Of a stretch of DNA of 64,000 nucleotides, positions 1 to 11,204 are shown piece after piece (the stretch's first letter is position 1; every line of letters starts with the position of its first letter). The DNA comes from Octopus bimaculoides (lineage: Eukaryota). Below the pieces are notes generated by a model that was not told the DNA's origin, searched no databases, and saw only the letters and a list, made by a program, of their open reading frames with translations. The position numbers and the translations under genes are program-made. Location: contig NC_068981.1 in assembly GCF_001194135.2 (NCBI RefSeq), positions 128,951,554 through 129,015,553 on the forward strand, in the 5' to 3' direction.

Positions 1-245
1 AAATGCACCATTCTGAGCGTGGCCGTTGCCAGTACCGCCTGACTGGCCATCGTGCGGGTGACACGTAAAAGCACCCACTACACTCTCTGAGTGGTTGGCG
101 TTAGGAAGGGCATCCAGCTGCAGAAACTCTGCCAAATTAGATTGGAGCCTGGTGTTGCCATCCGGTTTCACCAGTCCTCAGTCAAATCGTCCAACCCATG
201 CTAGCATGGAAAGCGGACGTTAAACGATGATGATGATGATGATGA
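1..245 (+). mobile_element. RTE-clade LINE, 5'-truncated 3' UTR copy with (GAT)n tail
   Basis: Ends in GCATGGAAAGCGGACGTTAAACGATGATGATG. The same 3' sequence follows an RTE ORF2 C-terminus at 8515-9476 and 29162-30270. Confidence 0.85.
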
Positions 246-249
246 TCTC

Positions 250-720
250 TGCTGCTATTTTCCATGACCCGTCTTTTGATAGCTTCGAGCTCTACTTCTG
301 TGAACCAACAATTTTTTCTTATTGCTCTAGTTGAAACAATCCCTTTTCTCTCCAATGATCATGCATATGTAGTCAGTAACCCCTAATTTGAGCACCATTT
401 TCATCTACTGGGCTGCTCAGATAGTAACATTCCATGACCATAGCATTAATTTGCTTGCTCCATCTACGCCATGTGTGGTGGTCCCTTTCTGGATATTGAC
501 AGGCTGGAGCTGGACCAGAATCTCTGAGCCTGCCGGGTGCAACACTGTCACCATCAGTGGCTTCAGTTTCATTACCACCATTATTCACAATATTTTGTTT
601 TGTCATTGTCACCCATATGAGGTAGCGATTATCAGGTTGCGCAATTACCAGTGTTTTTATTGTGACACCATCACTAAATGTATCATTAATCAGCTCATGA
701 GGAGGAGGAAGCTCCACTTG
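250..720 (-). mobile_element. Degenerate 5' ORF fragment of an R4/Dong-like (RLE-type) non-LTR retrotransposon
   Basis: Minus-strand peptides RRWSKQINAMVMECYYLSSP..IRGY, MHDHWREKGLF and KNCWFTEVELEAIKRRV resemble the N-terminal region of R4/Rex6-type ORFs. Broken by stops and frameshifts. Confidence 0.55.
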
Positions 721-739
721 TTTCCTTTCATTATTATTA

Positions 740-912
740 TCATCACTGATATTGTTTTTATGTGTAGTAGCAGCAGTGGTTGCAGCACCAGCAACAGTAG
801 CATGGGTGGGGGTAGTGGTAAGGGTAGTAGTTGGGCCTCAGATACCTGTGCTATCATAATAGTAGTAGTTGTAGTGTTAATTTAGTGTTAGTTGTATTTA
901 GTATTAGCAGCA

Positions 913-943
<31 letters not shown>

Positions 944-1056
944 ATTATTACATTATTATTATGATTATTATTATTATCATCATCATCATTATTATTATCG
1001 TTATATTATTATTATGATTATTATTATTATCATAATCATCATTATTATTATTATTA
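740..1056. repeat. Compound (TAG/TAT/CAT)n microsatellite
   Basis: Directly visible trinucleotide runs. Confidence 0.95.
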
Positions 1057-1195
1057 GGGCAGTGGATTGGTGAAATTGCTAGAGTATCAGACAAAATACT
1101 TCATAATATTTGTTTTAACTCTTTACATTTTAATTTCATCCTTTTCATCTTTTGGGAGTCAATAAAATAAAGTACCAGTCAAGTACTGGGGTAAA
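1057..1195 (+). mobile_element. Degenerate SINE fragment
   Basis: Contains CTTTTCATCTTTTGGGAGTCAATAAAATAAAGTACCAG. Homologous reverse copies lie at about 16950-17100 and 57100-57235. Confidence 0.6.
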
Positions 1196-1200
1196 TTTAA

Positions 1201-1420
1201 CCCTTTAGCATTTAAACTGGCCATATCTAACCCAAGTATTCTACCTCTTTTATGTTAAAACTGGCCAGATCTAGCATCTCACACCTATCCTACATTGTCA
1301 TTCAAAAAGTAAACAATCACATCATTGAAATCTCAAAGCTAGAAGATAATGCATGATTAATTCAAACCAATTTCAATAAATAAGCATTATGTTTGACTGA
1401 GTAATCTAAATGCTAAAGAG
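1201..1420. mobile_element. piggyBac-like MITE (TTAA TSD)
   Basis: TTAA|CCCTTTAGCATT ... AATGCTAAAGAG|TTAA: 12-bp TIR with one mismatch, and TTAA at 1197-1200 and 1421-1424. Confidence 0.8.
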
Positions 1421-1653
1421 TTAATCAACATCTCTCTCTCTCTTACTTGAATATGAAAATACAGTATAAGTGAGAAGTGTCAAGAATCTCAACCAAATTG
1501 GACATGATTATAAACAGTGAGGCAGTTTTTTGAATATTCCATTTGTTTGTGAAATACTTGAATGGTGATTTTTTTTTTTTTTAACTGATGAGCTCAGCTG
1601 TTAGAAAGAAAAATAAGTACAACAATCTGTAAACTTCCTGTTTCAATACTTAC

Positions 1654-1966
1654 TGACACCATCATCCATTGGCTGGAAATAGAAGATTTCCCGTAGAAGG
1701 CATACCCAAAGATATGTCTCACAAGGAGATGTTGCCGAGAAAAAAAGGATAGAAATGTCCTTATTTTGTATCTCAAAAGCATGTGGATGAGTCTTTGATT
1801 TGGTTGTATGAACAATACCAGTGACATTCTCAAGCAGGATTGTTGACAGTTTGGTGTCAGGAAGACAGGCTTGATCAGAATTCAAATAGATGTCCAGTTT
1901 AGCCAGAAGCTTACCAGCTGACAAGTCACTTATTTTGTGTAATACAATCCATCGGTGGACCCATGC
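1654..1966 (-). CDS. Exon 2 of a PH-domain adaptor protein (DOK/IRS-like PH domain); gene continues beyond the left edge
   Basis: Acceptor ttttatcag|GCA TGG (phase 0) and donor GTC A|gtaagt (phase 1). Encodes AWVHRWIVLHK...HPHAFEI...SATSPCETYLWVCLLREIF, with the PH-type W.xRW strand and a C-terminal helix containing Trp. Confidence 0.85.
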
Positions 1967-2149
1967 CTGATAAAATATAAAAAAAAAGGTAAGTGAACGG
2001 AAGAGAAACAGAGTTATAGAGTGTGTAAGAGTAAAGCATAATAAGGTGATTGTATATGTATGAGTGAAACTTAGTATGCATAATATACATCTGGAAGATC
2101 CTCGAAGCAATTGTCCCAAACTTTGGTATCGAAAGTTACACAAATAAAA

Positions 2150-2530
2150 GAACTGGATGCCATTGCACAGTGCCAAGGACTCCAAATTTGCCATCAAGAT
2201 GTAAGAAAAGATACTGCAATAGCCTGGGCTTCAGAGGTCCACAGCTCTTCAATATCCTCCCGAAGGACCTGAGAGACCTGCATGCGGTGGATGTAGGTGT
2301 CTTCAAGATGAGGCTGGACCTCTTCCTGTCAGATGTCCCAGATGAACCAACTTCACGGCAAGAGGTGCAGATGAGAGCAGCTGCATCAAACTCTCTCATG
2401 CACCAAATCTCAATTCCTGAAGTAAAATTCGTGAAGTAAAATTGTGTAGCAACACCAAATGTCAGTGCCCCAGCATGGCCACAGCTCATGAGCTGAAACT
2501 AGATAAAATGAAAAAAAAAAAAAAAAATGA
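2150..2530 (+). mobile_element. CR1/L2-group LINE 3' end (5'-truncated)
   Basis: ORF tail NSLGFRGPQLFNILPKDLRDL...FKMRLDLFLSDVPDEP...RAAASNSL, then a short UTR and poly(A). Confidence 0.8.
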
Positions 2531-2789
2531 AAAAATATGAGATGTTTATGTTCATACACTTAGCGTATGCTTATCAGCATCATCATTTAACATCCACATT
2601 TCCATGCTTGCATGGGTCAGATGAAATTTGTTGAGGCATATTTTTCTATGCTCAGACACCCTTCCTGTTGTCAAACCTCACCTATTTTCTAGCAAAGTAA
2701 TATTTCCTTCTGATCAAGCATGTTTTCCATGGATGAATTGGAAGTGAACAACCTTGCTTGTATGACAATGATGCTCATTTACAATCGCC

Positions 2790-2985
2790 TGATGTCCAGA
2801 CAACGGTACACACAAACACATACACACACTCACACAGATACATACACACACACACACATATAAACACACACACACACACATACATATATGCATGCACATA
2901 CACACCCACACACACATATATATATATATATAAAGCACACACACACATACACACACATATACACATCATCATCATCATCATCGTC
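2790..2985. repeat. (CA/TA)n and (CAT)n microsatellite
   Basis: Directly visible. Confidence 0.95.
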
Positions 2986-3470
2986 ATCGTTTAACGTCCG
3001 CTTTCCATGCTAGCATGGGTTGGACGATTTGACTGAGGACTGGTGAAACCGGATGGCAACACCAGGCTCCAATCTAATTTGGCAGAGTTTCTACATCTGG
3101 ATGCCCTTCCTAACGCCAACCACTCAGAGAGTGTAGTGGGTGCTTTTACGTGTCACCCGCACGAAGGCCTGTCAGGCGGTACTGGCAATGGCCACGCTCG
3201 AAATGGTGTCTTTTATGTGCCACCCGCACAAAAGCCAGTCCAGGGGCACTGGCAATGATCTCGCTCGAAAACCCTACGAAAGCCAGTCAGGCAGCACTGT
3301 CAACGGTCACGCTCAAAATGGTGCATCTTATGTGCCACCCGCACAAGAGCCAGTCCAGGGGCCCTGACAACGATCTCACTTGGCTTGCCGGGTCTTCTCA
3401 CGCACAGCGCATATATATCGTCGTCATCGTTTAACGTCCGCTTTCCATGCTAGCATGGGCTGGACGATTT
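2965..3470 (-). mobile_element. RTE-clade LINE 3' copy (last ORF2 codons plus UTR), followed by a second short tail fragment
   Basis: Reverse complement of the 1-245 tail. Minus strand at about 3415 reads YAVREKTRQAK*, matching YAVLVKTQQVK* at about 8940. Confidence 0.85.
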
Positions 3471-3704
3471 GACACACACACATATAAACATACACACACA
3501 TATACACATGCACACGCATTTATATACACAAGTAGATATATGCACACACATATCATGTGTGTGCGTGTATATTTCCGGATTTAGCGCACAAAAACGAAGA
3601 CTTTTGAATCTTACCATAAATATAATTTAATAGAACCGTACACACGTGCTCCACTTGTGGCGTACAACTAGTGTGCGATCCTGTAAATTGTATTTATCCA
3701 ACAG

Positions 3705-3768
3705 TCTGTACTGATGAGAAACAGATATTTTCGGTAAGAAAGTATTAATTTCGAAACATGTTTACAGA
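3705..3768 (+). ncRNA. Minimal type I hammerhead ribozyme motif (Penelope-like element context)
   Basis: TCTGTA-CTGATGA-GAAA..27 nt..TTTC-GAAA-CATG-TT-TACAGA: perfect 6-bp stem I, 4-bp stem II and palindromic stem III ACATGT. Confidence 0.75.
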
Positions 3769-4079
3769 TAATTGTATTTTTTTTATGTAATTTTCACTGG
3801 TCTTGCCCGATTTACGTTTTTGTTACTTCGCTAAATTCCCTTTGAGAATTATTCGGTCTTAGTAGACACATGACATGTGATCTTCTTCTAGCACATTAGC
3901 AGTCCACCTAGTGGCCTCCTTTATATATATTTTTATATATACATATACAATAATCCTTTGAGATCTCAGATATTATTCTGAATCTCCGATTCTTTTAATG
4001 TGCTTGTTCCCTGGTATTAAATTGATATTAATTAATATCCAATTTTTTACCCTATTGTTTAATTTAATTATATATACAT

Positions 4080-4081
4080 AT

Positions 4082-4158
<77 letters not shown>

Positions 4159-4160
4159 TA
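4080..4160. repeat. (TA)n/(CA)n microsatellite
   Basis: Directly visible. Confidence 0.95.
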
Positions 4161-4329
4161 TGCAAACAAAAAACAAAAGATGAAATAGCCAAAGGAAGAA
4201 GCAAACCTGACTGCCCATATAACAAAAAGGATATGTATATATATATAAATACATTTCTTTCTCTATTTCTTCCCCACCCTCCATCACACCATTAAATTTT
4301 TTAAATAAATAGATAAATAAATAAATAAA

Positions 4330-5560
4330 ATGTCCAGAACGTGGAGGAGCATGGAATTGGGACTGTTTTTGAGAGCCTGGCACTGTGCTGAAGGAGATAA
4401 CCCAGACAACATAATCACAGCTGTAGTGAGGAGCAATGGTTACACCAGAACATTAGCACAGATAGAATGAAAGAAGCAGGAGTTTAGCCGCTCCCACACT
4501 CGCATTCGATCCCATATCAGCACACTTGATGCCATCTTTGATAATAAACATAGCAAAGATGACAAGGATGGGAGCACGGATGCAGATGAAGGATGTCACC
4601 CCCACTTGTAGACACTCAAGGAAGCAAAGAAGAAGATTCAAGCGAGAAACCTGTCTGGAAAGTAAACCCAAGTACAAGTGCCCCTAGCACCATCAAAACG
4701 GAAAACCACGGAGGTAGAAGAGCCAAGAAAGAACAACTAAAAGAAGCAAAAGTTAAAACAAAAACAAAAGATGAAACAGCCAAAGAAAGAAGCAAACCTG
4801 ACTACCCATATAACAAAAAGGATAAAAAGAGAAAAGAGACAGCACACACAAATGTGCAAATTCTACTTGAAAGGTGTCTGCTGGCATGCAGAGGAAGGTG
4901 CAAACTGCTGTTTTGCACAACAAAGACCCCACTACATAAACATGAAACAGGGCAGAAACCATGGGCCAAAAGGAAAGGACTATGCATCACCTGCTCCAAA
5001 ACGGAGGTACGCAAATGTAGTGCATGCTACAAACCAGACTTATCAACATGTTGTTGAAAGGGCAGCTGCTAAACAACAATCTTTTTTGTGCATGGCACAA
5101 AAAATTGTACAGCAGCTGACCTGGCTACATCAATCTAACAGATGGGACTATCCCCAATACACAAGACCACCACAGCAAAAAGACCCAAGGTGGACACCAC
5201 TGGCAACAACACAGATATCACAGTAGTGCTTTTACTGAACATCAGAGGACTGTTAACACTTAGTAACAGGACAAAACTCCATTTCTTGAGAGACCTTGTT
5301 GCATGCAATCAAGCCTTATGCATAGCACTTATAGAAACACACCTGAAACAAGATATAGCAAATGCAGAAACTCACATACCACAGTGTGTTGTATTACAGA
5401 CCGACAGGAAAGAAAGGAGTCATGGTGGAGTTACTATGAACATCCGCGAAGACCTCACACTCCAGGTCCTTTTATCATGCTCAAATTCAGTATGTGACAC
5501 ACTAATTGTACATATAAGACAACTCGGTGTAGTTACATGTTTTACATATCACCCTCCCGA
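4330..5560 (+). mobile_element. 5' part of a CR1/L2-group LINE: ORF1 remnant with CCCH-type finger plus APE endonuclease start
   Basis: CKFYLKGVCWHAEEGANCCFAQ in ORF1. Downstream, LLLNIRGL...IALIETHL...DRKERSHGGV is a typical APE-like endonuclease N-terminus. Frameshifted and truncated. Confidence 0.75.
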
Positions 5561-5830
5561 TGATATACACATGCACGCGCACCTTCATTTTGGGATCACC
5601 ACTATTTTATTATCTCCCCTACTTCCTAGCTCTCCTGTGTGACTTCTCTGTTCGGCATTCGCCATGATAGATCAATAGCTACTACAGATTCTTTATTTTC
5701 TCTCCTTGTTTCTTTCTGTGTTCCTTTCTGNNNNNNNNNNNNNNNNNNNNNNNNNNNNNNNNNNNNNNNNNNNNNNNNNNNNNNNNNNNNNNNNNNNNNN
5801 NNNNNNNNNNNNNNNNNNNNNNNNNNNNNN

Positions 5831-6030
5831 CCACAAGATTAGAGATGCTCAGTTGGAGAGGGTTGCAGGAGACAAGCCTGTATGCAAGGGCAACTATGCT
5901 AACTTAGCTTGATGCATCTTTTCAAGCACAGCAAACTGCCAGGTGTCTTGGTCCCCTGTCAACCCTCTGTGGATCCCAATGTCTGTAGATCCTTTCTCAC
6001 CACTCCATCCCACATCTTCCTGGGTCTACC
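5831..6030 (-). mobile_element. RTE-type ORF2 C-terminal fragment
   Basis: Minus strand reads CGRGRPRKMWDGVVRKDLQTLG, homologous to CGRGRSRKTWDEVVKHDLQTLG at about 8810. Confidence 0.7.
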
Positions 6031-7565
6031 CCTCCCACATATATAACAAATAATTTCATTTCAAGCAGACTTTAGAAGGAAAGGATAAATGAAATGCTCA
6101 AGATACCAAGACTATATATTACAATTAAATGCAGATTATTTAGATCACAGGTCCTTGATATTTTATAATTCAAAATCCCTAAAGGATTACCCTATATGTT
6201 CCAAGATGTGTGTTGCTAAACTATCAAAATCATCATAATCAGTTCTATTCAGTGTCACTACGACTTCAAAAGATGTTAATAACTTGGTTTTATGTCACAT
6301 GTGGATAACCATGAGAAATGAGTAATACTATAGACTATGTCTCATACTGCCACCCTTTGGTTCTCATACTGTCAAGAAGAATGGTATCCCCAGTAGAGAA
6401 ACCCTGATATGTATAATTACAGTTACATCCAGTTCTCCATTAATTTGGAAAGAAAACTATATGTTTAATAATTAGGCTAATTAATTTTGATGTATGGAAT
6501 GTACATGTAAAAAAAATTGTTTTTGAAGAGCTTTTCTATTTTATTTTAAAAGGCATTGAGTAAACTGCCAATTTAAAGCAAGTTACTTTAAAAAGAAAGT
6601 ATTAATTGACTCAACAAGACATATACAGACCACTTCAAATGCATCTTTGAATAGTTAACACACAATAATAAGCAGAATATTGGCTTATCCTAACTTTTTT
6701 ATACACAAACACACAAAATTTAGTCTGAAGCTGAGATACAGTACACAAAATGCTTGCAACCAATGCCAGACTATTGCAGTTTATCCAGTCAATGTTCAAG
6801 TTTGAACAGCTACAGATTATTTTGCTAGATGATGGTGGTGTGGAATATGGGTGAAGAAGAATTCAAAAAGTTGGAGAAACTATTGGAACAAGTACTTCAT
6901 AGGAGCCAAGGGAGGAGAAGCACAGTATAGATGATAAAGGAGAGTTGTGGCATTTACTAGGTATGACTTGAGTAGTTCAGAGGAGGGACAAAGATCTAAC
7001 AGACATAGACCACAACACACTGCTGAGCTATAGGTTATAACAAATTAATGAAAAAGAGCTTTTGCCTTTGGCTTGATGTTTTTGTTAGAACAGTCTTGAC
7101 TGTTTGCATATATGATAGCTTTACTATATAGATATACAAGCAGTAACATAATGTGGAACATATCTCTACTTCGTAGTGAGTCTGGAAACTATTCAGAATG
7201 ATATACTTTTCTTGTCTTAAAGATGGAACAACCAACCTTTGGTAAACACTGTCATAGCAATGTAATGGCCATGAAAAGTCATATTTCTAGAGGTCTGATT
7301 CTTCTGATTTTTGTTTTTGTTTCTTTTTTCAGCTGTATGTTATTCAATGAGTAGGAAGCGTGTTGTGCTATAGAAGTATTTTCTTTCACACGAATTGTAT
7401 ATGGTTTATCAAGAGAGACAAAGCAGGCAACTGTAATACTCGTGTCTTAGATAAGAGTTATTTTACTTAGTAAATTGGTTCCCCAACAAGTTAATTACAA
7501 AGTGGGATCACAGCCATACGGCTGAAAAGAGTAAAAGAGAAAAAAAGAAAGAAATCACTACTCAC

Positions 7566-7643
7566 CTGTTGTTAGAGGGATAGGCTCAGGACAGTGAGCA
7601 CAGATCAAATAATCATTATCTTTTAATACATTTTCAATAGTCC
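7566..7643 (-). other. Candidate cryptic 78-nt exon in intron 1 of the PH gene
   Basis: Strong acceptor ttcttctcttctattacag and donor CAG|gtgagt. Open only in phase 1; it has a stop in the phase 0 needed by the flanking exons. Confidence 0.3.
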
Positions 7644-8514
7644 CTGTAATAGAAGAGAAGAAATGCAATGAATTATTAAAAAAAAAAAAAAGAAGCAAAT
7701 TAAGGGATAAATCAATATTATCATCAACATAGATGTTAATGAGCAGCCTGGCCTGTATTATCTAATAATTCTTTGTAATTGTTACTTGTCACTTCATGAA
7801 AACATCATGCTATTGAAGTTTACACCTCCATATTCAGCATAACTCATGAGCTACAAGCATGTAAAACTTTTTCAAACGCAGAGCTCAAAAGGGCATTACA
7901 CAAATATGCAACCAAGGAGAAACACAAATATGAAGAAAATACACACTTTCAACACACACAAACACATCCATCTTAAGAAAGATGAAATGCTTTATTGTTG
8001 GTTCTCAAACACTCTAACTTTTTAAAATATATCATGGATAAGATTAAGCAGCAGTGATCTCTGGCCACCACTTAATAAAATCCATATTGCATGTTTTATT
8101 TTATAGTTCATTTGAGTAAAGATTTGTTTGATTATCAGGAAAAATGTCTTGATGTATGAAGATTGCCAGAAATTATATGAAGAAACTTGCCAGGATTCAG
8201 TTTCAATTTGATAGAATTTTTGTTTGAGGAATGATGAACAGAGCANNNNNNNNNNNNNNNNNNNNNNNNNNNNNNNNNNNNNNNNNNNNNNNNNNNNNNN
8301 NNNNNNNNNNNNNNNNNNNNNNNNNNNNNNNNNNNNNNNNNNNNNTATATATATATATATATATATATGTACACAGACACACACACACACACACATGGCC
8401 ACAGAAACCATGCCAAAACAGATGAATAGAGCCTGGGCTCTCCAGCTGGCCAGCTCCTGTTGAGCCATCCAACTCATATCAGCATGGAGAACAGATGTAT
8501 GATGATTATACATA

Positions 8515-9476
8515 GAGGGCTTCTCACTCAGAGTAAAAAGTAGACTGTATGATGCACGTGTGCAAACAGCAATGCTACACAGCAGTGACTGCTGAGGACA
8601 TGCATAAGCTTGCAAGAAATGAAACTAATATGATCTGCTGGATGTGTAATATCAGTGTGCATACACAACATTACACGAGAGAAAAATTGGACATAAGAAG
8701 CATCAGATGTAGTGTGCAAGAGAGACAACTGCACTGGTCTGGTCATGTGTTGTTTATGGATGAGGACAGCTGTGTGAAAAAGTGTCACACCCTAGCAGTA
8801 GAAGGAACCTGTGGAAGAGGTAGATCCAGGAAGACCTGGGATGAGGTGGTGAAGCACGACCTTCAAACGTTGGGCCTCGTGGAGGCGATGACGAGTGACC
8901 GAGACCTTTGGAGATATGCTGTACTTGTGAAGACCCAGCAAGTAAAATGAGACCGTAACCGTGGCCTATGCCAGTGCAGCATAACCAGCCCATTTAATGA
9001 TTGGGCAATAAACTGTGCTTGCGAAACCTGTTGAGTCAAGTCAAGTCATTGTTGTGGCCGATGCCAGTATTGTCTCACTGGCACCCGTGCTGATGGCACA
9101 TAAAAAGTACCATTCGAGCGTGGTCGATGCCAGTGCCGCTTGAGTGATCCTGTGCCAGTGGCACATAAAAAGCACCGTTTGAGCGTGGGTTGTTGCCAGT
9201 GCCACCTGACTAGCTCCTGTGCTGGTAGCACATAAAAAGCACCATTTATGCATGGTCGATGCCAATACTGCCTGACTGCCCCTTGTGCCAGGGGCACATA
9301 AAAAGCACTCACTACATTCTCGGAGTGGTTAGCATTAAGAAGGGCATCCAGCTGTAGAAACCTTGCCAGATCAGATTGGAGCCTGGTATAGCCATCTGGT
9401 TTCACCAGTCCTCAGTCAATCTGTTCAAATCATGCCAGCATGGAAAGCGGATGTTAAATGACAACGACGACGATAT
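8515..9476 (+). mobile_element. RTE-clade LINE, 3' ~1 kb (ORF2 C-terminus plus tandem-repeat 3' UTR)
   Basis: ...SIRCSVQERQLHWSGHVLFMDEDSCVKKC...GRGRSRKTWDEVVKHDL...DRDLWR, followed by the UTR and a (GAC)n tail. Confidence 0.9.
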
Positions 9477-9899
9477 ATGATAAGCTTCTTCCAGTTTCCG
9501 TCTACTAGATTCATTCACAAGGATTTTTGGTTAGCCTGAGACTATAGCGGAAGACAAGGTGCAATGCATTTTCTCCAATGTGCTAATGATTCTGCCAGGC
9601 CATAGAGTCCATCCAGTTTTTGTCAACACTAAACTTCAAGCACTCTAATAAGTGGCTAACTTCAGTCCATTCTTTATGTATATGCACTCGTTAGATATTT
9701 GATGCTTCAAAGTAGTCCAACACTATTTTGTGACAAGACATACTGCAACAATCAATAAAAACATTAAGTAGCTCATATAATAGTTAATTTATAAATCCCA
9801 CAGCAAGAGCAACTGTGAAGATGTTATAGGGAAATATATATATGTATATATAGCAAAATATGTCTGGACAGTCTGTAGGAGGTGATTGGGATCAACCTG

Positions 9900-10970
9900 A
9901 AAATGGAGAACCAAAACAAATATTATCAACATCTCATGCTTCTTTATTTAAAAAAAAAAAGCAAGAAAAAGATGAAAATGGTGTACTGAAAGGATGCTGT
10001 TACAGAACATGTGTGCCAAAAGTGGTTCTCAGGATTTTTATCAAGAAATTTTTTGAGTTCAAGATACACCTCACTCTGGCCAACTGAGATTAATAGCAAC
10101 ACCAACCCCATTATATAACCGGGATGATCGCAAATATTCCCCAAATATCAAAATCAGGAGTTGAAAACATTCTGCATCAACTTGGTTATGTCAGTAATCT
10201 TGATGTTTGGGACCCTCAACAATTGAATGAGGCTAACCTCACCCAATGGATTCCCATTTGCAATTCATTATGAAAATGTGAAAAAAACAATCCTTTTTTT
10301 TTTTTTTTTTTGAAGACAATGGTGACAGATGAAAAATAGATTGTCTATAATAAAGTGAAGTGCAAAAGATCATTGGGAAAGCACAGCAAACCACCACAAA
10401 CAACCTCCAAAGCAGGACTTGACCAAAAAGTTATGCTTTCAATTTGGTGGGATTGGAAGGGTGTTGTCTATTACAAGCTTCTTCCCATGGACATGACCAT
10501 CAATTTGGATGTGTACTGTGACCAATCAGACAAATTAAATGCAGCAATCCACCAGAAGCATCCAGCGCTTGCTAATCATAAGAGCATTGTCTTTCCTCAT
10601 GACAATGCCTGACTACACACTTCTTTGCAGACACAGCAGAAGTAACTAGAGCTTAGCTGGGAAGTTTTGCCACACCATATTCACCCAACCTTGCATCTTC
10701 AGATTTCTACCTGTTTCAGTCTTTTCAAAATTCATTCAATGAACAGACCTTCAACTCTGAAGAGGATGTAAAAATTTGCTTGGAAGTTTATTGCCAGGAA
10801 AACCAGAAAATTCTTTGAGCAGAGAATAATGGATCTACCTACACGATGGCAGAAGATACTGGAACAAAATGTTAATTGTATCATTGATTGAATAAATCAT
10901 TTTGTGTTTGAAACTTGTTATATTTTCGCAAAAAAAAAAACCAAATGGACTTTTTGGCCAACTCAGTATA
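9900..10970 (+). pseudogene. Degenerate mariner transposase remnant
   Basis: MENQ...HLMLLY start, VTDEK*IVY, KVMLSIWWDWKGVVYYKLL, HDNA and a degenerate HPPYSPDL region. Right TIR-like GGACTTTTTGGCCAAC at about 10950. Confidence 0.85.
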
Positions 10971-11109
10971 TTAAAACCACCAGAACAAAAGCTATATAAT
11001 AGCAACACAACAGAAATTACATCAACATTAATAGGATACTGCAAAAATCAATAAAAACATTATATAGCTCATATAATAGTTAATTTATAAATCCCACAAC
11101 AAAAGCAAC

Positions 11110-11169
11110 TGTGAAGATGTTATAGGGAAATATGAAACAGAATGAATAAATTCCTCTTCTTATACATAC

Positions 11170-11204
<35 letters not shown>

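Noticed and set aside
1585-1612. CTGATGAG...GAAA near exon 2
   Set aside because: No pairable stems I or III, so it is not a hammerhead.
831-4383. ORFs rich in I/Y, H/T or V/C runs
   Set aside because: They are translations of microsatellites.
6340-6410. Possible small minus-strand exon (GFSTGDTILLDSMRTKGW)
   Set aside because: Weak donor, and not needed because exons 1 and 2 already join in frame into a complete PH start.
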